64,000 nucleotides of DNA from an uncultured Candidatus Saccharimonas sp. Lineage in GTDB: Bacteria; Patescibacteriota; Saccharimonadia; Saccharimonadales; AQU-01. The DNA lies in the NCBI GenBank assembly GCA_943358095.1, contig CALRGT010000002.1:32782-96781 (forward strand), in the 5' to 3' direction. The translations under genes were made by a program, and so were the position numbers. A model generated the notes under the pieces. It made no database searches, was not told where the DNA came from, and saw nothing but the letters and a program-made list of their open reading frames with translations. Below, one piece after another: positions 34,830 to 43,114 of the stretch. How positions within the stretch are numbered: the first letter of the stretch is position 1; every line of letters starts with the position of its first letter.

Positions 34830-36784
34830 CAGAGCAAATTAGAGGGGTCGATATCGTAACTGCAGTTTGCCGGTAGCTCCTTGATGATGTCCACTAGACT
34901 GGCTCGGTTCTTGGCCTTGATGACTGCCTGCCAGCGGTATTCGCCTGCGGTCTTTTCGTAGAAGCTTGGGCTTGGTCCAATAATCTTAACTGGTAGCCGA
35001 AGTTGGCGTAAGCTGTCCACTAATTCACTAGCTGCTTTTTGCGCACCATTGACTGTTTTTCGGCTAATAGTTAGCTTGAGTAGATAGCAAAACGGCGGAA
35101 ACATAAATTGTTGGCGTTCCTTAATTTCTGATTGATAAAAGCTCGGCCAATCCTTGGTGATTGCAGCAATAATCGCCGGGCTTTCGGGCTGATACGTCTG
35201 TATTACGGCAGCGCCCTTACGGTGACCACGCGCGATTCGACCAATAACTTGAGTAAGTAATTGATAAGTTCGTTCTGTGGCAGTGTAGTCGGGGAAGCTT
35301 AGCGAAGAATCGGCAGAAACAACTCCGACAAAGCTAAGCTTGGGCAGATCCAGGCCTTTTACCAGCATTTGAGTACCAACTAGTATGTCGACTTTGCCCT
35401 CACTCACAGAGGCGTAATGTTGCTCGAACCGATCAGCCTTCAAATTATCCGTATCGAATCTTTGTAGTCTAGCCTTTGGAAAAAGTCTTTCCAGCGCGTC
35501 TATTAACGACTTGGTGCCTAAGCTGCGGAAGATAATGTCTGTCGACCCACAACCGCCAGCTTTAACAGGGCAGGATGATGGCGTGCGATCTTTAAATCCG
35601 CAAGTGTGGCATCGCATTTGATGATTATCGCCATGGTAAGTCAGCGGTAGGTCACAGTTCGGGCAGGTTGCTTGCCAGCCACAGCTTTGACAAAGAACCA
35701 ATCTAGCAGTACCGCGACGATTAAGAAATATCAATGATTGTTCGCCGTTATTGAGAGCGTTCTGGACGCCGTCCAATAGTTCGTTAGATAAATATCCATG
35801 TCGACTAAAATGATTTTTGTCGCGGGCTAACACTACTGTTATTTCAGGTGCGCTAACCTCGTCGCTAGTGGCAAGTTTGGTCATTCGTATGATCTTTGCT
35901 TTTTTGGTTTCGGCAATATAATAGTCGGTGATATTTGGCGTAGCAGAGCCTAAAATTGCTATACAGCCGTGTAGTTGTGCGAGCTTGCTGGCAACGCGCC
36001 GCGCATCATAGTGCGGAGTTTGATCTTGTTTATAGGCGCCCTCGTGAGACTCATCAACTACAACTAATCCAAGACTTCGAAACGGAATAAATAACGCCGA
36101 TCGAGGTCCTATCGCGACAATTGGTTGGTCGGCATATAAAACTTTCGTCCAGGCATTGCGTCTTTCGGCGATAGTTAAATTAGAGTGAAACAATATGACT
36201 TGGCCCTGAAAGGTCTGCTCAAACTCCCTCGTTAGTTGCGGCGTTAAGCTAATTTCTGGGGTAAGAATCAGGACATCCTTGCCTTGGCTTATTTGCTGTT
36301 TGGCCAGCTCTAGATATAGCCGAGTTTTGCCCGTGCCAGTATCGCCGTGTAATAGGACGGTCGACCCAGGAGTTGTGCTATTGATCGTATTTAAGGCTTC
36401 CGTTTGTTCGCCAGTCAACTTAGGTAGTGCGGATGCGTCGACGGTCTTAATCTCGGTATTTTTTGGCTTTCTAGGTATTTGCAATAATCCAGAAGGAATG
36501 AATTGGGCGGCAATATAACTTTGTGGGGCAGGGTAGTATTTGGCCAGCCAGTCCATAAGCTCAAGGCTAGTAGCGGGTAGTGGTTTGTCGATTGTAGTGC
36601 GCGTAATTGGCTTTAATTTAAAGCTTGGTTTACCAGTAGCTTCTACAACGACGCCGCCAGTTTGTTTATTTTGCAAAGGAACTTCAACTAATTGCCCCGG
36701 TTTTATGACTTCATCAAATGAGTAAGTTAACGGTTCGCTACCCCTGTAACGTTGACTAGACACCAGCACCTTGTAGTAATACAT
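34829..36784 (-). CDS. priA: Primosomal protein N' (replication restart helicase)
   Basis: GDTGTGKT, PEISLTPQ, VDESHE, SATP, LNRRG, zinc-binding CxxC pairs, GTQMLVKGLD, Q..GR..R. Confidence 0.96.
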   Translation of the reverse strand: MYYYKVLVSSQRYRGSEPLTYSFDEVIKPGQLVEVPLQNKQTGGVVVEATGKPSFKLKPITRTTIDKPLPATSLELMDWLAKYYPAPQSYIAAQFIPSGLLQIPRKPKNTEIKTVDASALPKLTGEQTEALNTINSTTPGSTVLLHGDTGTGKTRLYLELAKQQISQGKDVLILTPEISLTPQLTREFEQTFQGQVILFHSNLTIAERRNAWTKVLYADQPIVAIGPRSALFIPFRSLGLVVVDESHEGAYKQDQTPHYDARRVASKLAQLHGCIAILGSATPNITDYYIAETKKAKIIRMTKLATSDEVSAPEITVVLARDKNHFSRHGYLSNELLDGVQNALNNGEQSLIFLNRRGTARLVLCQSCGWQATCPNCDLPLTYHGDNHQMRCHTCGFKDRTPSSCPVKAGGCGSTDIIFRSLGTKSLIDALERLFPKARLQRFDTDNLKADRFEQHYASVSEGKVDILVGTQMLVKGLDLPKLSFVGVVSADSSLSFPDYTATERTYQLLTQVIGRIARGHRKGAAVIQTYQPESPAIIAAITKDWPSFYQSEIKERQQFMFPPFCYLLKLTISRKTVNGAQKAASELVDSLRQLRLPVKIIGPSPSFYEKTAGEYRWQAVIKAKNRASLVDIIKELPANCSYDIDPSNLL

Positions 36785-36880
36785 GTCTACCATTATAGAC
36801 TTTTATATGAAAAATTATGGTTGAATTGTTTTTAGTATGTGTCTATACTAAATGTTGTTCTAATAACAATGAAGGTGCTT

Positions 36881-37168
36881 ATGCTAGACGTATTTATCAC
36901 ATCCAGGGTTCGACGCAAGATCATAGTTGTCTATGCCAAATATCCTGACTTCAAAACTCATGTACGCGGACTTGCTAAACTTATTAAAGAAGACGCCGGC
37001 AACATTCAACGTGAACTAAAAAGATTAGAAAAAATAGGATTCTTGATTTCGGAACGCCAAGGTAACACCAAGATTTACCACACCAACAAGCAGTTTGCTA
37101 TCTTTAAGGAACTTCAAAGTATCGTTCTAAAATCTCAGCGAATGAACCAGAAGCGTCCCGGCGCCTAG
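36881..37168 (+). CDS. Winged-helix DNA-binding protein
   Basis: HVRGLAKLIKEDAGNIQRELKRLEKIGFL..ERQGN..IY. Confidence 0.85.
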   Translation: MLDVFITSRVRRKIIVVYAKYPDFKTHVRGLAKLIKEDAGNIQRELKRLEKIGFLISERQGNTKIYHTNKQFAIFKELQSIVLKSQRMNQKRPGA

Positions 37169-37332
37169 CCTTAATTAATTAAATAATGCAACTTATGCAA
37201 AAAAACAGAAGTAATAGTCTACAACCTCAAGCAATATATATCCAGTTTTTGTCCACGCAGACTGCAATAATACAATCGTTGATAAGATTTGGGGTTGCGC
37301 GATTGCCTCTGTTAGGGTAGAATACTCCAGAT

Positions 37333-37545
37333 ATGATACAAGTTACCCGTAAGGACTCAAAAGAATCTGTAGAAAACTTATTGCGACGTTTTAGTCGTAA
37401 GGTTCAACAGTCTGGCAATCTTATGATCGCTAAGTCTAACCAAAACTTCGAAAAGCCAATAAGTAAAGTTGAGAGACGCAAGAAAGCGATTATTCGCAGA
37501 CAGCGCAAGGCTATCAAGGTCAAGAAGCTAAAACTCGGTCTTTAA
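37333..37545 (+). CDS. rpsU: 30S ribosomal protein S21
   Basis: ESVENLLRRFSRKVQQSG...FEKP...RRK; upstream of yqeY. Confidence 0.88.
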   Translation: MIQVTRKDSKESVENLLRRFSRKVQQSGNLMIAKSNQNFEKPISKVERRKKAIIRRQRKAIKVKKLKLGL

Positions 37546-37570
37546 GCAAAACTCTCGGCAATCTAAACTA

Positions 37571-37602
37571 CAAATACCCTACGACAAGTAGGGTATTTGT
37601 TT
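37571..37602 (+). terminator. Terminator after rpsU
   Basis: CAAATACCCTAC-GACAA-GTAGGGTATTTG. Confidence 0.75.
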
Positions 37603-37638
37603 TGAGAGACACTTCCTATCTGGTACAATCAAGGTGAA

Positions 37639-38088
37639 ATGAGTTTAAAGAACCAAATCGACGCTGATATTAAAGTTGCCATGTTGGCTGGTGAGAAAAC
37701 ACTGGTCACTACTTTGCGCGGCCTAAAAAGCGCCATTTTAAATGTCGAAGTAGCCAAGGGGTTACGAGAGACTGGGTTGGCTGACAGCGAAATTACCGAT
37801 ATTCTCGCCAAGGAAGCAAAGAAGCGCCAAGAAAGTGCCGATATGTATATACAAGGCAATTCTAAGGAGCGGGCTGATGCCGAGCTGCAAGAGAAGGCTA
37901 TTATAGAAAGATATTTACCCAAGCAACTCAGCGAACAAGAGATTCAGCAAATTATTAACGAAGTAACAGCCGAACTCGGAACCAGTGTGCAGCAAATGGG
38001 TCAAATCATTGGTGCAGTAAAAGCCAAAACGTCAGGTTCCGCAGACGGCGCAATCATAGCAAAATTAGTTAAGGAGAAATTACAGTGA
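37639..38088 (+). CDS. GatB/YqeY domain protein
   Basis: KE.KKRQES...Y, E.AIIERYLPKQLS, MGQIIG......G.ADG. Confidence 0.92.
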   Translation: MSLKNQIDADIKVAMLAGEKTLVTTLRGLKSAILNVEVAKGLRETGLADSEITDILAKEAKKRQESADMYIQGNSKERADAELQEKAIIERYLPKQLSEQEIQQIINEVTAELGTSVQQMGQIIGAVKAKTSGSADGAIIAKLVKEKLQ

Positions 38089-38633
38089 TCATATTTATGG
38101 GAGTAGCTGGATCGGGTAAAAGCGTACAGGGCAAGTTGTTGGCCGACGAGCAAGGATTGCCCTGGCTTTCGACTGGTGAGTTCCTTCGTATGTTAATTTC
38201 TGGTCAACGACGTAAGGATATGCAAGCTGGTCAACTACTCGAAGACAAAGAAGTTATCGCATTGGTACGTAAAATTTTTGGTGTGGTTGATACTAACAAT
38301 GAGTTTGTGCTTGACGGCTTTCCACGAACAGTTGCACAGGCTGACTGGCTACTTAGCCAAGTTAAGCACGGTCAGTTGCATATGACAGCTGTTATTCATT
38401 TGACGGCCTCAAAAGACGACGTTCGTACGCGTTTATTGGCTCGTGGACGTGTAGATGATCACGAAGAGGCTATTGCCGAACGCTTTAAGGAATACGAAGA
38501 AGGTATCACACAAGTTTTACAGCAATTCCGTGCTGCCGATGTTAAAGTTTTTGACATTAATGCCGCTCAAACTGTTGATGAAGTTCACGCCGACATCGTA
38601 AAAGCTATGAATTTTACTAATGATAAGGCTTAA
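38085..38633 (+). CDS. adk: Adenylate kinase family NMP kinase (short, no LID)
   Basis: GVAGSGKSVQ, STGEFLR, LDGFPRT..QA, RGR.DD. Confidence 0.85.
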   Translation: MIIFMGVAGSGKSVQGKLLADEQGLPWLSTGEFLRMLISGQRRKDMQAGQLLEDKEVIALVRKIFGVVDTNNEFVLDGFPRTVAQADWLLSQVKHGQLHMTAVIHLTASKDDVRTRLLARGRVDDHEEAIAERFKEYEEGITQVLQQFRAADVKVFDINAAQTVDEVHADIVKAMNFTNDKA

Positions 38634-39366
38634 GACCGAAAAAGAAATTGAGTTGATGCGCCGTAGCGGCAAGATGCTCGCTACTGTTTTGCAGTTAATG
38701 GCCGAAAAGACGGCTGTTGGGTTAACACCAAAAGATATGTCGGCAATTGCCCGTGCTAAGCTCAAAGCTCTTGGCGGCGAGCCAGCATTTGAGGGCTATC
38801 AAGGCTTCCCAGACATAATTTGTATATCTGTTAATAACCAAGTTCAGCACAGTATTCCTGATGTTCATGTATTTCAGGAGGGAGATGTCGTGAACTACGA
38901 TTTTGGCGTTCGCTATAAGGGCATGGTGACTGACGGCGGCATCACTGTTGGTGTTGGTGAGATAAGTAAATCATCTCAGCGCTTGATAGACGGCACACGC
39001 CTAGCTCTTGAGGCTGGATTATCGGTAGTACGTGATGGTTGTAAGGTGGGTGATATCTCGGCCGCAATCGAAGAAGTTTTGAAGGGCCATAAACTAGGTA
39101 TTGTGCGCGAACTAGTTGGTCACGGTGTTGGACACGAATTACACGAAGAACCAGAAATCCCTAACTACGGTCATGCTGGTCGTGGACCTATTTTGCGGGC
39201 TGGTATGACAGTTGCGATTGAGCCAATAGCCAACCTAGGCGGTGACGATATCATTGGCGATGTCGACGGATGGACGCTCTGGACAGCTGACGGAAGCAAG
39301 TCAGCACAGTTCGAACATACGATTCTAGTCACCGAAAACGGCTACGAAATCTTAACTCAAGTATAG
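38620..39366 (+). CDS. map: Methionine aminopeptidase type I
   Basis: CISVN..V.HSIP, GHGVG..LHEEP, GMTVAIEP, SAQFEHT. Confidence 0.96.
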   Translation: MIRLKTEKEIELMRRSGKMLATVLQLMAEKTAVGLTPKDMSAIARAKLKALGGEPAFEGYQGFPDIICISVNNQVQHSIPDVHVFQEGDVVNYDFGVRYKGMVTDGGITVGVGEISKSSQRLIDGTRLALEAGLSVVRDGCKVGDISAAIEEVLKGHKLGIVRELVGHGVGHELHEEPEIPNYGHAGRGPILRAGMTVAIEPIANLGGDDIIGDVDGWTLWTADGSKSAQFEHTILVTENGYEILTQV

Positions 39367-39439
39367 TTCGCCCAAATTATTATCTAAAACTATAAACTTA
39401 CTACTGTTCAGACATTGCACTTATGGTATACTTTTGGAT

Positions 39440-40669
39440 ATGCGCGAAGGCACTACTCAATCATTTGTTGGTCTAGATATTGGCACCAGTGCCGTAAGGT
39501 GCGTTATTGGCATGCTCGACCAAAATAGCGACGGTAAGCTGTCTATCATCGGTCATGGTAGTGCTCAGAATGTCGGTATGCGCAAAGGTGCTGTCGTACA
39601 TGTTGATGATGTAGTTGAGGCCGTAACAGGCGCAATCGCCGAAGCAGAAAGAGTATCGGGAACTCATGTTGGCAGCGTCACGGTTAATGTAAACGGCGGT
39701 CATGTACTTGGTATTAACTCACGCGGAGTCATCGCTATTAGCACTTCCAACCGCGATATAACTCAAGACGATCGTTTACGAGTTGAAGAAGCAGCCACAA
39801 TCGTCAAATTACCTCCTAACAGAGAGATTATCCAAGTATTTGCTAAGAATTATCGCCTCGATGGTCAAGATAACATCAAAGATCCTGTCGGTATGCAAGG
39901 TGTTAGGCTAGAAGTCGACACTCATATTGTCACTGCCAGCACTCCTAATCTTCGTAATCTCGATTTAGTCTTAGAAAAGGCACACTTAACGCCTAACCAT
40001 CACACCGTATCTAGCCTAGCTTCAGCCGAAGCAGTACTTAATCGTCAACAAAAAGAGTCAGGCACGGTATTGATTGATATCGGTGCCGGTACAACCAACA
40101 TAGTCGTGCTAGAGGACGGGGAAGTCCAGCACATTGCTGTCTTGCCAATCGGTGGCATTCACGTCACAAACGACTTAGCAATTGGCCTGAAGACCGACTT
40201 AGACATCGCCGAAGCCGTAAAACTAGAACACGCCAACTTAACTGGCGTCTTGAGCAAGAAGCGGTCCGGCGTAACCGTAAACAAAGTTCGCCACGAATTC
40301 GACCCAGAAGATATACAGATGATAGTAGAGGCTCGCATCGAAGAGCTATTAGAATATGTCGACAAAGAACTCAAGAAGATCAGCCGGTCCCGTAAGTTGC
40401 CTGGCGGTGCAGTATTAGTTGGCGGCACCTCCAAGATACCTGGTATCGCCGAATTCACGAAAGAAAAGTTACAAATAGCCGCTAGAGTCGGCAAGCTACA
40501 AACAATTGGCGGCCTGCAAGACACAGTCGAAGACCCAGCTTACTACACAGCTGTCGGTCTAGTTATCCTAGATATGTTGCTCGCTCCTCAAAACGACTCG
40601 ATGATTAACGGGCAAAACAGCGGCGTTTTTGGCATGGTCGAAGGTTTGTTCAAACGATTCAAACGCTAA
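39440..40669 (+). CDS. ftsA: Cell division protein FtsA
   Basis: GLDIGTS, PVGMQGVRLE, IDIGAGTT, GG.HVTNDLA, LVGGTS. Confidence 0.96.
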   Translation: MREGTTQSFVGLDIGTSAVRCVIGMLDQNSDGKLSIIGHGSAQNVGMRKGAVVHVDDVVEAVTGAIAEAERVSGTHVGSVTVNVNGGHVLGINSRGVIAISTSNRDITQDDRLRVEEAATIVKLPPNREIIQVFAKNYRLDGQDNIKDPVGMQGVRLEVDTHIVTASTPNLRNLDLVLEKAHLTPNHHTVSSLASAEAVLNRQQKESGTVLIDIGAGTTNIVVLEDGEVQHIAVLPIGGIHVTNDLAIGLKTDLDIAEAVKLEHANLTGVLSKKRSGVTVNKVRHEFDPEDIQMIVEARIEELLEYVDKELKKISRSRKLPGGAVLVGGTSKIPGIAEFTKEKLQIAARVGKLQTIGGLQDTVEDPAYYTAVGLVILDMLLAPQNDSMINGQNSGVFGMVEGLFKRFKR

Positions 40670-40680
40670 ATTACAGCTTC

Positions 40681-40811
40681 AATTTCACATTTTACATTGA
40701 CCATTTGTCATTTATTTGGACATTTAACATTGATCATTGGCGCTACACCTCAATGACAAATGACCAAATGACTAAATAAATGTTCAATGCTAAATGACCA
40801 AATGCTAAATT
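40681..40811. repeat. CATT/AATG periodic hairpin element, copy 5 (ftsA-ftsZ spacer)
   Basis: 4 CATT, TATT, 3 CATT, loop, 3 AATG, AATA, 4 AATG. Confidence 0.88.
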
Positions 40812-40923
40812 TATCTATTATTTTGCTCAATCAAGATTATCGCTTATCGTAAAGTTATTCATTGTAGTAGCTCCTCTAGTACGCTATAATTTATTTATAC
40901 ATAGTAAAGTTGAGAGGGATAAG

Positions 40924-42246
40924 ATGCCACAACAAGTAGCTCCTGAGATTGAAACATTTGCTCGAATCAAGGTAATCGGTGTCGGCGGTGCTGGCGGTGC
41001 GGCCATTAATAGAATGGTTGAGGCTGGTATTGAAGGCGTTGAATTCATTGCTATTAATACTGACGCTCAGGCTTTGCATTTTTCTAAAGCTCAAACTAAG
41101 CTTCATATTGGTAAAAGTACCACCCGTGGTCTAGGTACTGGAGCTGACCCAGCTATTGGCCAGAACGCAGCCGAAGAATCAAAAGAAGAAATCAAAAAAG
41201 CCATTGAAGGTGCAGACATGATTTTCGTAACTATTGGTGCCGGCGGTGGTACTGGTAGTGGTGCCGGTCCAGTTGTGGCTGGTGTTGCTAGCGAACTTGG
41301 TATTTTGGTTATTGGTTTTGCGACACGACCTTTTGCCTTTGAGGGTGACAAGCGACGCCGTAATGCTGAAACAGCCATCGAACAAATGCGCTCCAAGGTA
41401 GATACTCTTATTATCATCCCTAACGATCGACTATTACAGACAATTGACCGTCAAACACCGTTACTAGAAGCTTTCAAGGTGGCCGACGATGTTCTTCGTC
41501 AGGGCGTTCAAGGTATTTCCGACCTTATCACTGTACATGGTTTGATCAATCTAGACTTCGCCGATGTTAAGACTGTTATGAGTAACGCCGGTTCTGCCTT
41601 GATGGGTATCGGTCGTGCTAGCGGTGAACATCGTGCATTACAGGCCGCTCAGCAAGCTATCGAATCACCACTTCTTGAGGTGTCAATTGACGGCGCTCGA
41701 GGAATCCTGTTTAACGTTATCGGTGGTAATGATATGTCCATGCACGAAATCAATTCAGCTGCCGAGGCAATCACAGCTGCAGCCGACCCAGACGCGAACA
41801 TTATATTCGGTGCTACGATTAACCCAGAACTTGAAGGTGAGATCATTATTACAGTTGTCGCAACTGGTTTTGACGCATCTTATTTTGCCAAGCGCCAAGC
41901 GCCTGCGCCTGTCGAAGAAGTTAAGACCGAAGACGACAAAGAAGATGACTATAGCTATAACGAGGTTAAGTCCGACGCTATGTCTGACATGGATATGGAC
42001 CTAGAAGTTAAGGCTGACGAAGATTCAATCGGCGACGAGCAAGGCGAACTTCATAACGACCAGCCTATTCCTAACATTTGGTCTCTCGACCACGAAGATC
42101 TTAGCCACGACACTGGTACAACAGCTGTTGTTAGCAGTATGTCCGACGAAGAATCCGAATTAGAGAAGCCATCATTCCTACGACGCTTCAAAAAACGCGG
42201 TCATGATAAGACTGATAGTGATAAAGACAACGAATTACAAAAATAA
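40924..42246 (+). CDS. ftsZ: Cell division protein FtsZ
   Basis: [34 protein letters not shown]-terminal [10 protein letters not shown]. Confidence 0.98.
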   Translation: MPQQVAPEIETFARIKVIGVGGAGGAAINRMVEAGIEGVEFIAINTDAQALHFSKAQTKLHIGKSTTRGLGTGADPAIGQNAAEESKEEIKKAIEGADMIFVTIGAGGGTGSGAGPVVAGVASELGILVIGFATRPFAFEGDKRRRNAETAIEQMRSKVDTLIIIPNDRLLQTIDRQTPLLEAFKVADDVLRQGVQGISDLITVHGLINLDFADVKTVMSNAGSALMGIGRASGEHRALQAAQQAIESPLLEVSIDGARGILFNVIGGNDMSMHEINSAAEAITAAADPDANIIFGATINPELEGEIIITVVATGFDASYFAKRQAPAPVEEVKTEDDKEDDYSYNEVKSDAMSDMDMDLEVKADEDSIGDEQGELHNDQPIPNIWSLDHEDLSHDTGTTAVVSSMSDEESELEKPSFLRRFKKRGHDKTDSDKDNELQK

Positions 42247-42289
42247 GTCGTCTCTAAGAAGTAAACTGCCAGTTTTCGTATTAAAAATT

Positions 42290-42360
42290 ACACCACAAAT
42301 AGTATTGCAAAACGCTATCGCTAGGGCTAAACTTAATGACATAGACGCTATATCTAGTGA
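42290..42360 (+). promoter_or_regulatory. nrdR-nrdJ promoter with three NrdR-box-like sites
   Basis: TTGCAA (42305)-17 nt-TAAACT; 16-mers at 42290 (ACACCACAAATAGTAT), 42312 (ACGCTATCGCTAGGGC) and 42345 (ACGCTATATCTAGTGA). Confidence 0.75.
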
Positions 42361-42409
42361 TAGAAATACAGCGCCAGCACATTGAGGTTGAATAAAGGAG
42401 GTGTGCGTT

Positions 42410-42883
42410 ATGAAGTGCGGTAAATGCCAAGAGACTGAAACAAAAGTCATTGAGTCGCGTGATGTTGCCGATGGTGAAGCTGTACGAAGACGTCGAGCTT
42501 GCACCAAATGCCATTACCGGTTTACCACCTACGAGCGTCTCGAGCGGCCGAACTTAATCGTTGTAAAGAACGACGGCACCAGAGAACTGTTCGCCCGTGA
42601 AAAATTGCTCGTTGGGCTATATCGAGCCTGTGAGAAGACGCAAGTCACCGGTATGCAGATAGAAAGACTTGTTGCTGACATAGAGCACGAGCTTTACGAC
42701 TGCGGTGACGCCGAGATACCTACGACTAAGATCGGACAGTTGGTAATGGATCATCTGGCTGAGCTTAACGAGGTAGCTTATGTGCGCTTCGCCAGTGTTT
42801 ACAGGCGCTTTAAGGACATTGCAAGTTTCGAAAAGGAACTGTCAGTAGTAAAAGGCCTCAAGACCGACAAATCAAAGTCCTGA
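42410..42883 (+). CDS. nrdR: Transcriptional repressor NrdR
   Basis: MKCGKC..., RRRRAC..C..RFTTYE, ATP cone, VAYVRFASVY. Confidence 0.97.
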   Translation: MKCGKCQETETKVIESRDVADGEAVRRRRACTKCHYRFTTYERLERPNLIVVKNDGTRELFAREKLLVGLYRACEKTQVTGMQIERLVADIEHELYDCGDAEIPTTKIGQLVMDHLAELNEVAYVRFASVYRRFKDIASFEKELSVVKGLKTDKSKS

Positions 42884-43114
42884 TAAGGCTTTGACGGCTC
42901 CCCTAAGTCTTCTCGTTAACAGAGAGTACAAGAAGATTATGGAGAGCTGAAAAGAAAGTTTTCGTTCCGTGAGAGCGCGAAAACAGTCAACTCTAAACAA
43001 AAACTTAACAAAAACAATAATTAAGAGTAATGAGCACTGAAAAGTGAGTGCTTGGCTTCGTAGCCAAAAAACTCACCTTGAAATGATCTACAGCTCACTA
43101 AAACGGAGGGTAAA

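Noticed and set aside
42884..43114. Cobalamin riboswitch before nrdJ
   Set aside because: I could not find the B12-box or core consensus; kept only as an unknown structured spacer.
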